64,000 bases of DNA from Halocafeteria seosinensis. Taxonomy: Eukaryota. The translations under genes were made by a program, and so were the position numbers. Of this stretch, positions 35,701 through 48,520 are shown piece by piece. Positions within the stretch are counted from its first letter, which is position 1. The number at the start of each line of letters is the position of its first letter. The stretch is taken from positions 1 to 64,000 of the forward strand of contig LVLI01000241.1 in assembly GCA_001687465.1 (NCBI GenBank), in the 5' to 3' direction. The notes beneath the pieces are model-generated. The model saw nothing but the letters and a program-made list of their open reading frames with translations. It did not search any database and was not told the origin of the DNA.

Positions 35701-38700
35701 GTCGTTTGCAATCGAGTTCCGAAGTATATCTAGGCAAAGAGTCGACGAAGGTGAAGTTGAATATTGCTGAGGAAGGGTAATATTGAACGCGATGAAGTTG
35801 TCCTCGTTGATGAAAACGTCAACCGATGCCCCATCAGTGCTCTCCGTAATAGAAGGGAAGAGTTGGGGCAAAATCCCTACCACAAGTGTGAAATTATTCA
35901 AGCTTGAGTATCCTTCGACCACTAACGGGAGCACTTTACGACGCGTTGCTCGAATAGCGAGTAAATCCTTAGTTTCAAGCTTGTGACTCACAAGGTACGC
36001 ACATCGATCCGAACCAAAACAAGGAGGAAGAGTAATGGCAATGGAAATCCTTACAGGGGCATGCATCGGAAACGTCAGGTTGCTTAATGTGACAGTTGAC
36101 GGGCATGAGGAATAATAAACGATTTCCACAACCTCGGGGCTTATCCCGGATATCACAGCTTCTAAACATGCCAGTGTATCAAGCGATGAATTCACACCTA
36201 CATCACTGCGAGGGATTGTTCGAAACTCTTGCCCAGCAGTGAAATTTCCTCTTTCCTTATTGAAGAGTGGGAACACACGAACGCTTACAGATACAGCAGA
36301 TTCCCACCTTAGACGATCGTCTTGAAAGAACTGGCGTCGTTCGTAAATACCCTCGAGGGTCGGAGCAAGCCCTACTTCTTCCACTCTTGATAGTTGCTTC
36401 AAAGGGAATGACGTAATATGATGCTTCCCGTTTGACATCCTAATGGATATCGAGGCAACTGCGAGGGAGTACAAGGGAATGCTGCCTCCAGGAAACTGTT
36501 GCTGCTGCACTTTTTCAAGGTGAGACAAGGATGCTATCATAGAGTGGGTAAAGTTAAACACATGGGAAACACATCCATGCAGCGCAACATCAGTTTCTGT
36601 CAAAGATGTGACATCGGAGCTGATTCTCTTGCACGTCGAATCGTCTCCAAGCCCTCTCCGAATCATATCGTGTGCGTCAGGAAGTTCCAATTCGATAGTT
36701 AAGTCGTCTTCGATGGACCACGACGGAACAAACGCAGGCGATATAGAGATACGCGCTTCCGGACAAACTACTATAGCCTTCGTGATAGGAGCAAACGGAC
36801 CACCACGCTCAGAAACGCCGAGTGAAATGACATAGCATTTCAATTCGCCTGTCGTCAGTGGAAACAAAAACGTCGAATTTTGCGCTAGAACTTCTTCAGT
36901 GGATAGCCATTCCTCATATAGCGGAGTAGACCGGATGTATCCTTCATCTCGCACATCATCAAAGAGTGCTGCTGACGTGGAACCAACTTCCGTGGTGGTT
37001 TCGAACTTGTAGATTCCCACCACCAGAGTAGCATTATGAGGAAGCATGCTCTGATCATCTTCATTAAGGGATACAGTAAGTATCGAGCCACTAACATGAA
37101 GCTGAGGGGTGTACTCAAACACCGACACTATGCTAACAACAGGAACTTGTAGGCTATCGACATCGACTGCTCCGAAGTCGACGGCCCCACAGAGTTTGCC
37201 AAACGGTGCGGACAGGCTATCTAGCGATCGCGTGACATTATGGAGGTTCGAGTCACTGTGTGACAGGAGGAAGTCATTGGACTGACACACTGTAATGTTC
37301 CAGAACGCATAAGGCCGAATCCACCACGGCAGACTACTTCCCTCGACTAGATTGCCCGAGCTATACAGCCTGGGCGAATTAAAAGTGAATGCAAGTCCTG
37401 GTAGCGCTCCCGTATTGGTTTGAGTGTAGTTTCGGCATTCTTGTGCGCAAGTAAACGCACACGAACAATTGCAACAATGTCGAAGTAAAACATGACTCCG
37501 TAGCATCACAACGTAAGGAGGATAATCGGCAAAAACATTTGCCAACTTATTTCCAGCTCCTGAGAATACCTCCAGAACTCCCGATTCTTCAGTTTTGTCT
37601 TCTTCCTGAAATTCGACTGGCAGAGAGCGAGCGACTGTATTCTTGACAGCGGCATCCAAGGAAAGCACTGCAAAGCATGTTCCGCCGTCGAGGAGCCGTA
37701 AAGAAAATGGCACGCCGGTAGCAGTCACTATAGGTGCTACCATAGAAACACTATCGGAGTTGTATCCTTCCTTTGAGCAATTGAGAATCACCCTCCAATT
37801 GTTGATGAATCCTTTATCCCGAAGCGTAAGAAGCTCCAGAATAGCAACCCTCTCCGGAACATTGCCAAGGATTGCTTCACGACTTAAATTAGCGAGATTG
37901 CCTATGTGGATTGTCAAGTTACCCCCAGAATAAGCCAAATCAATTGGTGGATCCATAGTCTCGCCAATCCTAGACGCGAGGTCGACTACAGTACCGGAAC
38001 TAAAGTCCTTCGTGGGAATCAAGGCTCGCACTCTATTTCGCCCAAATGAGGTAGCAGTGACTACGCTTATGTAGCACTCGTACGCTTGAGAAGGATTCAA
38101 AGACGATAAGGTAATTTGATGGATTCTGAAAGAAACATTTCTAGTTTCTCCGTCCTCATCAACTTCAAAACTTCTCATTTCGATCTTGTCCGAATCTGCG
38201 CAATGTACTTGCCCTACGTGCTTCGCTGGTAGCCTTTTAGAAACTGTCTCATCAACTTCCCATGTACCAACTTTCGCCTCGACTGGAGAATCAGCCACAA
38301 CAACCTTTACTTCGCACGAATTGTCTATGCTAACATCGAGGGGAATGGCGAAGGACAATGATGCCGAGGTTAATCGAGGGTTAGGATGACTAATCGGAAG
38401 TACAGGGAAACTTGGCTCTCCCAGGGTCACCTCCATCCACTGACCCGCGGTCTCCACACACTCATCATTGTCTTTGGAGCAGCCGATTACTGCTACATAG
38501 TATCCTCGCCCTCCAACAAGGCTCGGGATGGAAGCTTGGAAGCGAGAAGTGCAATTCACAGGCCACTCCACAGAGCTGCAGTTCTCTGCTACCGGCGTCC
38601 GCACGGGGTTCCCATTTATTTCCTCTAACCTATTCTCCAATGATTCCCTCGTTGCCGCAGATAAATGAGCATGGTCGCGACCGGTCTCCTTAGCTACAAC

Positions 38701-41700
38701 AGTCTGGATACACATCTGTGGGGAACAACGCAATGTTCTATTTCCCAGCCAAAACGAATCTCGCAATGACTCTACATCCTCTTTTGCAGTGGCAAAAGCT
38801 ATCCAGAAACGTTCAGGCTTCACGCAATCAAACACAACATCCCATTGCAATATCGGAGAGAATGACAATTGTTGCACCTGATGCACCCCATATACTTGCA
38901 TACTGCACGGCTGCTGAGGTATATCCGATGGTTCAGTAGCAGACATTGAGCACATAGGGCCGTTAATAGGGATACCGATATCAGCATCTTCTACGGAAAA
39001 GTATATCCCAAGCCCATGCTGTGATCTCAGCGCTACACGTACAGAGTCTAAAGCCACAGACGTGTCTCCTGCAATACGAATAATATCCGGCAATGTATCG
39101 GAGGATAGATCCAAAACTTCAGGAACCCATGTTGCGTTCACCAACTTCCAAGCCTCTGAGCAAGCCCTCAAATGGGCGTGAGGAGCATATTCAAACGAAA
39201 ACTGTCCCCGGCCCGCTGAAATGAAGCATAATAATTGAGAATCAAGGTTGATAACGGCGAAACCTTCGAGAGGTATTGACTCATTCCACAAAGCCCCAGA
39301 ATCAAGTTTAATACCTCGGTGTAAGTGACAGGGTGGAACAGATTCGCTTACATGATATGTCACGTCTTGGGCCGCTAGAGCATAAAACGAGGACGGGCGA
39401 ACTTCGCACTCAATGGTAGCACCGCCATTGCTGTAGCTTGTCTCAGGTTCTGCCCACATGGAAACCCCAGTCAATGTTCCACCACCCATCGACAGGGGTT
39501 GATCGAACGCAATATAACGCATGCCTCTATTCACAAAGTACTTCGAAGCGGTGATGTGTCCTGGAGGGTGTGCTGAGCTTGTATAAAATCCTTGTACTGT
39601 TTCAGAAGGGGCACTAAATCCAAATCCATTGCGAGCGACAACATGGAAGAAGTAAACCGTCTCTGGCTTCAGTCCACTAACCGTGAGAGTAAACAATTTT
39701 CTTCCGCTCTCTGGAGGGAATATACAGAGAGCCCCGTCCTCCGCAGAGGGACTACCATGAGTCACGGAATGCATCTGAACAGCAGAACAGGGATTATCAC
39801 CGGAAAACGGTTCCTCCACCGTAGTGTATCGCGTGAAATTGATGCCATTGGAGCTATAAAACACTTCATAAGCAATTATTTCATCCGCACCGGCAAAAAC
39901 CGGGGACATCCACTCCAGTTGAAGAAGGTCACCGCGTTTTACCGATACAGCTACACTTTCCGGAGCATACGGGCTCTCCTCTGAAGTAACAATAAACTCG
40001 GCCCAATGTGAGGGTGAGGAGATGTTGACCCCTTCCTCATCATGAGCAATGGCACGAGTTTTGTACGATCCTCGCTGAAACTTCCCTGAAACTGTTACAG
40101 TGTGCCCTGCCCTTCGTACCAGACAAGAATCACTCACACGTAACGGCTGCGCAGTGCCACTCCTTACCACTTGTATCCCGATGCGTAAGTCTGTTATCTT
40201 CCAGCCCTGAAGATTGAACGGGAAACGAACGTGGATTAATAACCCATCAAAGCACGGTGTAATATCGACGACATGTAGTTCACCCACACCCCTCTTTCCG
40301 CGTGTAGCAGAACATGTCACGCTTTTGGACAGATGAGAGATCCACGTAGTACCAGAACGGACGGCACGACTCATAACGGAGAAGGTGTAGTTGAAACTTC
40401 CAACCAGATGCTCTACTACGAAGGCACTACCAGCCACGGCGGGAGAAACGACCTGAAAATTACTGTGGAAGCTGTCAGAAGCTAATTCCGGTATTGATGG
40501 CGGAACATTTGCGTTGCCAACGCATGCTACTGGATGCAGCCTTTCCGGTGCCTGTGCATCAACACACGCATCCGCACCTACGGACGGAAATGGTTTTCGA
40601 ACGAATACGATGTAATGCACATCTTCTGAGCCACCGGTTTCAAATGGCGGCTTCCAGGAAACAACCACCTCACCACCTTCATCCCCTTCTTGACAAGAGA
40701 CACTCCGCGGGGAAGAGGGGTTAGTTGGTCCCTCCGTTTCGAAGAAATCGACTTGAGAGGAAGGACTGTCACCCAAAGTGTTGCTTAGGAAAATGGTGAC
40801 AAAATAGCCGATCCTTGGGCGCAGATTAGTTACGACCGTTTCTTCAGGGAACAACGGTTGCACATAGTTCGTGCCTTCTTCAGCATATTCAACCTTATGC
40901 TCGGCGTCACAACTACTCCTGTCCACTAATGATCCAGCATTAGAACCAGGATTCTCCGGTAGAGGAAACGAGCTGTTATCGTTTTGGAAACGAAGTTGCG
41001 TTTTCGACAAACACACTACTATACTCAAACTTGGGTCACCCCCAGTTTCTTCTGGGGGATCCACGTCGATTACAGCCATCGAGGTTCCAACATCCATGCT
41101 TGGAGCCCCAGGTTGCGCAGGTCTTGTCTTGGGGGCAGTATTGAAGCTAAACTCTTCGACTGGTCCCCATTTTCCCACCGCTTTTACATTCTCCACGGCA
41201 AACTGTGCTTCGTACATCGTATCACCCACGAGCCGCCTTAACGTCACTAAGTAGAATGCCACAGTAGCATTGATACCCTTGCGGTCAACATGCTCGGAAA
41301 ACAACTTCTTCGCCTCCTCAGTTGACGCTTTTCTCAAATAATCACCTTCCAACGTAAAACTATCAGTCCAGTGGACCTCCCCATCCATACCTTTTAGCCT
41401 AGCGTGTAACAAATCGCTAATGGATAGCTTAGACTGAAGCCCGCACCAAACCGTTACAAACGAGCTGGAGACCATCTCCGTTTGCCCAATAGTTGGCCGA
41501 TCAGGTGTAGCAGGGGGAATACATGATGAATCATTGGAGTCCAAACTAAAGCCTTCCTTACAAATCCATAAGCACTTGAAAAAGTCGTCCACCCAACGAG
41601 CATTTTTCGGGGGTTCCTCCCCGATGCGACGCTTGAATACAGAGCAACGCTCACATTTGCTACCAAAGTATCCTTCATGGCAGCGATATGCACACGCTGA

Positions 41701-43570
41701 ATTAGGCACCCAGTCTGCCATAGATGGCTTCGCTACAATCGACTCACATGAGACGCACGTCTCCTCAAGTGCTCCTACAGAAAATTTGCCGGAAGCGCAC
41801 GAAGTACAGCCATACCCCGGGAGGGCCGTGCCCCCGCTGGAAACAGAGTAGCGACGCCTGTTGGGCAAGCATAGTGTCTTATAATAAACTCTACCACTTC
41901 CAGTGCCCGCGAGCAACTGGTCATTAATCGCAGATGGACTACCGACAAGAAGAATTTCGTTTTTGAAGACGAGGGTCAGCCCAAAATTCGAAGCATGCGG
42001 CGAAAACCTCGGACTCATCTGGTACACTGTATTCGGAAACGAGCTATTCGATGTTATTAGTTGAAGTCCATGCACAGCCGGTTGTCTCGGAGCAGAGCTG
42101 AAAACCGAGAACTGTTCTCCGTCCCCACTTGTCAAAGTCACTGAAGCCCCAAACCATCCTCCGGGGACCTGCCCAAACCACTGCCTCCTAAGGCAAATGA
42201 ACCCCACAGTATACTCTTGACAGGTATCTTCTCCAGCTCTATCGCCCTCAGCAAATCGAAAGATTAATACCATTCCTGCGTGAAGCGCTTCGTTATTCCC
42301 CAGAGGGGCGCCCACAGCAAGATGACCAGCTCTATATGCTATGCTATACCCGAATAGGGATCCGACCAGCTGTCGGTGTTTATCCTTCAGCAGCTGGTAA
42401 CTAGTATTCAGAACCTCGCAGATCATCCATTCTCCCTCCTGCACACAGAGTATAGCAACCATGTCCTTCTCAGGGAATCCGATAACCACGCGGGCCGTGT
42501 CCCCAGTACAGACGGGAATGTGCCCGGCAACTGCGTCAAAAATAGCCGCACTAAGCAAATTCACTGACATGCTCCTCTCGCGTTTGCTTTGGGGGTCGCT
42601 ATGAGAACAAACGAACTGTCCAGTGTCTGACAAGGTACGGTGGGAGTTAAACTTTTTTCCCTTCGTGAATTCTGTTCTTTCCAAGTCGGATAGTTCAAGG
42701 GTCGAGCTCACATTGGCTGCAGCCGTGCATTTTCCAGTTACCTCCTGTAACCGGAATATCCCCGCGAAACTGTGTGTTGCATTGTTCTGTGTGAATGCAA
42801 CGTCACCCGCCACAACAAGTAAGGAGTCATCAGCGCTTAGTGTCGCTGCTTTTACCCGATACCCCCGAACAAATGCCGATACTTGTGGTAATAAATTGGT
42901 TATATCGAAGGACCCAATTTTCTTCCAATGAGCAGATAACAAGTGTCGCGATTCACTCCCCAAAACTGGATCCCAGTATGGGTTGTTAAGATACTCCAGG
43001 ATAGACTCTCCACCGCCCACCACTTGTGCTCGGTATACATGCAGGCGGTGTGCAGACCAAAGGACAGAGTATTTGCCCCCAGAAGACACTTGGACGAATT
43101 CCTTTTCTTGAGCAATTTCATATGGCGCGTTCTCGTAAGGAATAGGGGAATGCGGTAAAAGGTCAAACCCATCCAGAGAGGTTAGTAGCCTGCGCATTTC
43201 AGAGGTTCCAACTAGTTGGGAGAAGTTGTTTCGTTCGGTCATATCAAACGGCATGAGAGTCAGGAGGGTCGAGCGAGACATGCCTAAGCCGAAGGAGGCT
43301 CCTTGTGAGTCCATAGAAAGCCCAACATGCGAAACATTTTCAGAGTTGGGGACTGCAACTATCCATAGCGAACTCATTCCTAATGCGAGCTTAGCTTAAC
43401 CTCATCAAATGAAAAGAGCACTTACACATAAAATAATCAGGCCCTATATCCGTCTCAGGTTGAACTGCGTTACTTGCATAAATATAAGCTAGTAGCACTA
43501 ACAGCGCCGTTCCTACTCGAGCAACTCCCGTCCTTGCGTAGCGTGCCCCTGCACGCATTGTTGCTACCAT
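29770..43570 (-). CDS. Giant single-pass membrane protein (~4575 aa): signal peptide, FG-GAP-like propeller, Cys-rich repeats, many FN3, EGF, PSI repeats, CUB-like, TM, RING-like domain
   Basis: 13.6-kb open frame. Signal-peptide exon 43570-43426 is most plausibly spliced via a 73-nt intron to 43352. Motifs LFGYSIA..HLAVGAP, VSWKPPFETGG, LWSAPEDNGGLPIQQYRV, CPNDCSGQGSC...CSCFRGYKGEDC, CTTCIQRSYCGWC, YPRKTRCEWRF, TM YFLAAVIVAGFCGCLCFGCCI, LPCGHHF...WL....CPMC. Confidence 0.93.
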
Positions 43571-46092
43571 GACCCTCGACAAGCGAACAAGATACCTTGT
43601 GGCTGCTTAACGCATAGCTGCGCGTGGTATGCCATTCGTACACGGAAGTCTTCTGCGGACGAAATGGTGCATACACTAGAATCGGAAGAGGTAAACCATC
43701 CCGGCTTTCTATCCCTCTGTTTGTATTGCAAAACAGCTTCTCCAGTCACGGCAGAGTCCAACGGGACCAATGCGTATAGACAAAATTTAGTCGTGTCAGA
43801 AAACGGAGCAAAAAGTATGGTGTTGTCACCCAATCGCGTGTTTCTCTTGGAACAGAGTGACTGAGTCGCCTTCAACTACCACACAACACCTATCTATGAC
43901 TGCCCAAGAATTAAGACGGTCATCCCCGTGGAAAACACCTCATACAATTGGAAAGGACAAATCCACCAGTGTAAATGCATGCAAAATGGCGACGTTATGA
44001 CGTGGGGGATAGAGTGGGCGCTGGGTGTGCTTGAAGTTTGTGAGCTTGCCAGATCATTACCATTAGCTAACTTACTAAGCAGACGAAGATGCTGGGTTTG
44101 ATAACTGAATGCAGTATATTCATAGGTATAGTTGCCCCGCTCCAAGCGCTACGTCATGTGATAGGGAAGCCTGCCGAAAAAGAGGCTTACACTGTATAAG
44201 TTACCTCCGTCTCCTTGCCCAAGTACAGCTCCGATTCGGTTCGCGTGGGAATGCGAGGATCATGGTTGTCTGCGTATATGGGATGTGTGCGTTGGGGCTT
44301 GGTACTGGCATTGTACTCAGTGGCATAGAGTGTCTACGAAGGAAAATTGGTGGATGCTCAAGTCCACTTTGGTCGTATTTGCGAAGACAGTGTGTGCTTC
44401 ATTTGTATGTATACATGTGCTAGAAAGTCAAAAAAATATGTATCCTAATATAATGATAGGTTACAATGTCTCATGTATGAGGAATGCGTTGTTAACACTA
44501 CCTGTCTCTTCTGGTCTCTTGCCGCCTCTCGTGCGCCTTTCAGCAATGCACAGCCGCACACATACAACAATGACACAGATACATGTATCATAGATATATA
44601 TGAAACTAATGTTGAGTTTCATTCCATTGGCATTCATCAACATTTACTAAATTAATAAATTTGGCACACGATGGAGGAGGCGCATGTTCAATGCCTCCCA
44701 TGCCATTACTGATGCCACTTACGCAGGGAAAAGGCACATATGGAAGCAAAAAGGGGGAAGGCCAACGACAAAAAAGAAGATAAGGAGGGGCAGGGCGCGC
44801 TTCCCGCCACCTCCAACTACCTCGAGCACCGGTCCTCTGTCTCGTCGCGGGTCTCTACTTTGTCTCTACGACAGAAGAAGGGAGAGAGGTGTGGGGCAAA
44901 CGCAAGATGAGTGAACTTACACGGAAGTCCCGTTCAGGTTAAACTTTACACTTCGTCCTTAGGATGATGGTACAAGCTACGAAAGACTGGTCACTTAAAC
45001 TTCCCGCGCAGCCACGATTGCTCTGGCTGGGGTTGACCGCTCCACGCTGGGTCCGGGACCCTCTCTTACGATCTACGACAAACCACACACATCCGTGCCT
45101 CGCAATCCTACGGTGCGGAAACCAAGCAAAGCCAACAACCAAACAGGGTGATGTCACACAACACATTGAAGTAGTTTACATTACACATTGTTGAAGCGAA
45201 GACAGCGATGCGGAAAAGATCCGATAACCCGGGAGGCCGGCAACTCGAGGCACGGGGCAAAGCCAAAAATGTAGGCTGGCATGTAACAGGGGTTCTTCTA
45301 CATCTTGTGCTTGGGTGTTCGTCCTCGTATTTGCACCCCCCACATGTAGTTACCTGCCCAGCCTCATTGTTGTTGACTAACGACAGATTCACGGACTGGT
45401 TCATATGTTGGTGAACAACTGAGAGTGGTATGTTTGTGTTTCTGCCGACTGCAAACGATGCAACGAGAAAGTGAAGACGTTCAGTGCGCACTGCCCAGAT
45501 GTGGTACAAGGATGTTAACCAGATGCGGGACCCCTGTGGAAGACAAGGAATGTAATGCTGTGTTCATGTGAAGAGCAAAGTCCCTACCGATGTGTCCGAG
45601 ACTTCCGTACTGAAATCATTGCGTTCAGTCTCGTAGACTTCTGTTAATCGTCCCGCTTATCGCTGTATTGCATCGCTAATATCGCTACAAGTACCCCACC
45701 ATGGTATCTTCCGGTACATATTGGTTTGACATCTGTTTCGTCGCGGGGCTGCCATCGTGTCCTATTTATGAGCACCCCATACCGCGTACAAACAGTTGGG
45801 TATCCTTTTGTAGTCATAAAGTTGACTACACCTATCTCTTATGCCGAGTAACTTTCTGTCTTGGGTGAAGCTCGCCGGGCTTCCGAGTCATGACTCACGA
45901 CTCGGGGATGTCGAGCTGTCGCAATACCGTTTGGTGCATTTATTGCTGCCTTTGTAGGATTGTAATGCGGTGCACGATCTGTTCAAAAAATAAATACGTG
46001 TATGTTTGTTTATTGGTTCATATAGAACCAAAATTACTGACTCCATTAATACAACAGAGACTGAACTGGCTCCGTGCTGAACAGTGGCAGCA

Positions 46093-48043
46093 ATGGGCAA
46101 GATGGCAAGCAAAGCAGCGCGTGAAGAAACAGGAAAACTGAAGGTCGATAATGCATCCGCAGTTTCTTCAGACGCCTCAAAAACTGGTGGAAGTACTACT
46201 GCCCACTCTAGTGGTCATTCTGGGGAAGGAGAGAACAGTAAACTGCAACATCCTCGCACGCTGGAAGAGTTGCGCCAAGAAGCGCAAGAAAAGCTGGAGG
46301 ATCCATCCTTGACACAAGAAGAGAAGGATTCAATCAGAAAGGAATATGAAGCAAAAGAACTCCAAATCTTGAGCAAGCGCTATTCTAAAGCTGACTTTGA
46401 GCCCCTTATCATCATTGGAAGAGGAGCGTTCGGTGAGGTAAGGTATTCCAACGAATCTGCTGCTGACTACATGCTGATACTCGTTCGGTTCTGAGTTGTT
46501 GCAGGTTAGACTGGTGCGCAAGCGAGATACGAACGAGATATTTGCCATGAAAATCATGAAGAAAGAAGCTATGGTTCTCAAGAATCAAGTGAGTGACATC
46601 CAGGAGGGAGGCATATCGGGAGCTTCAACAACGAATATCTGATCACAGGTGGCACATGTCAAGGCCGAACGAGATGCGATGGCCGATTCTTTGGAAGACT
46701 GGGTGGTCAATTTGCACTACGCTTTCCAAGATGACGAGAATTTATATCTTGTGATGGACTTCCTTTGCGGGGGAGACTTGATGACACTCCTGATCAAAGA
46801 AGATATCCTCCCGTAAGTGCTTCGGGAATGAGCTCCAGAAACATTTGTCATTACTAGTATTTTATTTGTCCAGAGAGGAATGGGTGAAGTTCTATGCCGC
46901 GGAAGCGATCCAGGCTATCAGTTCCATCCATGCCGCAGGATACATTCATCGAGACCTGAAGCCAGATAACTTCTTGCTAAACAGCAATGGGCACTTGAAA
47001 CTAACTGATTTAGGGCTCTGCACCAAGATCGACGAGGACCGGGACTCATCCTTGGGTGAGATGCAGGAAAAGGCCGCAGCCCAGGCGAGGACGGAACCAG
47101 TTGAGCCTGAAAATAAGGCAAACCATGGCAGTTACAAGCGCGACAGAAAATTGGCCTTCAGTACAGTAGGGACACCTGACTATATTGCTCCTGAAGTTCT
47201 ATCCAAAAAAGGATATGGCAAAGAGGCCGATTGGTGGAGCCTTGGGGTGATTCTGTACGAGTGTATGATCGGATTTCCTCCATTCTTTGCCGACGACCCA
47301 GTATCGACGTGTAGAAAGATCATGCAATGGCGCAAGTACCTCCAGTGGCCATCAGATCGGTTAGTGACTTTGATTCTGTATGATGGTGCAAATTGAAGAT
47401 TTGCATATCTTTGGTTTGTGTCTGCCAGCACTAAGAACCTCTCTTCGGACGCCATCGACTTTTTGAAGTCACTCATGACGGATGCGCATAAACGGTTGGG
47501 AGCCAATGGAGTGGAAGAGATCAAGCAACATCCTTGGTTCCGAGATATTGATTGGGTATGTCCCACATTGGCATTGATTGTGAGTTTCTGCAACGGTGGA
47601 ACATAAGTGTTCTGTGTTCTATTGACTGTCAGGATAGCTTGCAAGAGAAGGAAGCCCCTTATGTAACCCAAGTTGGAAAGTATATTGCACACATCCTGGA
47701 CGCAGTTTCCCATCTAGATAGGAGCCATCCCGAGTTTGAGCCACTCGTAAGTTGTAAACTTATAGCCTGCCATTATCGCCGGGTACTTCATGCTGTTCCT
47801 CGCCAACTTCAGATAAAACAACTGACTGAAAATTTTGATAGTTTTGGGGAAATCTCTGACGAGGAACTGAAGGAACTCGATGAGGCGTACGTTGCACAAG
47901 GAGGCAAAGTAGGCGCATCTACTCAACAGGGTGGTAAAGGAAAAGACAGAAGTAAATTTCCCGGACGAGGTAGAGGCCGTGGACGCGGCAACTTTGACGG
48001 ATACACCTACAGACGCACGCTCCAAGGCAATAAGAAAAAGTGA
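46093..48043 (+). CDS. NDR/LATS-family (STK38-like) AGC Ser/Thr kinase, multi-exon
   Basis: [38 protein letters not shown], insert between subdomains VII and [21 protein letters not shown]-terminal hydrophobic motif NFDGYTY. Confidence 0.95.
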
Positions 48044-48520
48044 GCGGTCGCAATCAACGCGTAGCGGATTCACTCTTGAGTGAATATTCACATAGTCGAT
48101 ATCATACTTGATACCATCAAAATGTGCTTTTACTACCAACTGGTTCAAGTACACACATGGTAAAACGTGTGCCATCGCTTAGGGGTCTGTACTTGAGTTG
48201 CGGACAATATTGATTACCACAACACCTACCACCATTATCTGTGAGTCAGTGGCTAATACCTGACTTCTTGAGGTAACATACCTCAATTTTCGCTACGCAT
48301 GATGCCCTCCCGTTGGACCTTCACAAACGAACTACCCATAGTCTACAGACAGTTCTTAACAACAGAATTGCATTGACAGAGGTGCCCTGCACATAGTACA
48401 GTTTTTATCTGCTGCATCATTGCTTGGTGACCGAGTCTCCCTCATCTTTCTCGTTTTAACGCAATAGAACAGGGATGAAGTTGAAGTTGGATCAGCACCC
48501 AGTTACAGAATCGCATTGAG

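Noticed and set aside
31000..43200. Many 60-200 aa ORFs overlapping the giant CDS
   Set aside because: Antisense or alternate-frame shadows with no independent coding signal.
43378..43426. Splicing to the AG at 43381-43380 would create an in-frame TGA (possible Sec or readthrough)
   Set aside because: A stronger acceptor (TTGCAG ending at 43353) gives a typical 73-nt intron and an open frame.
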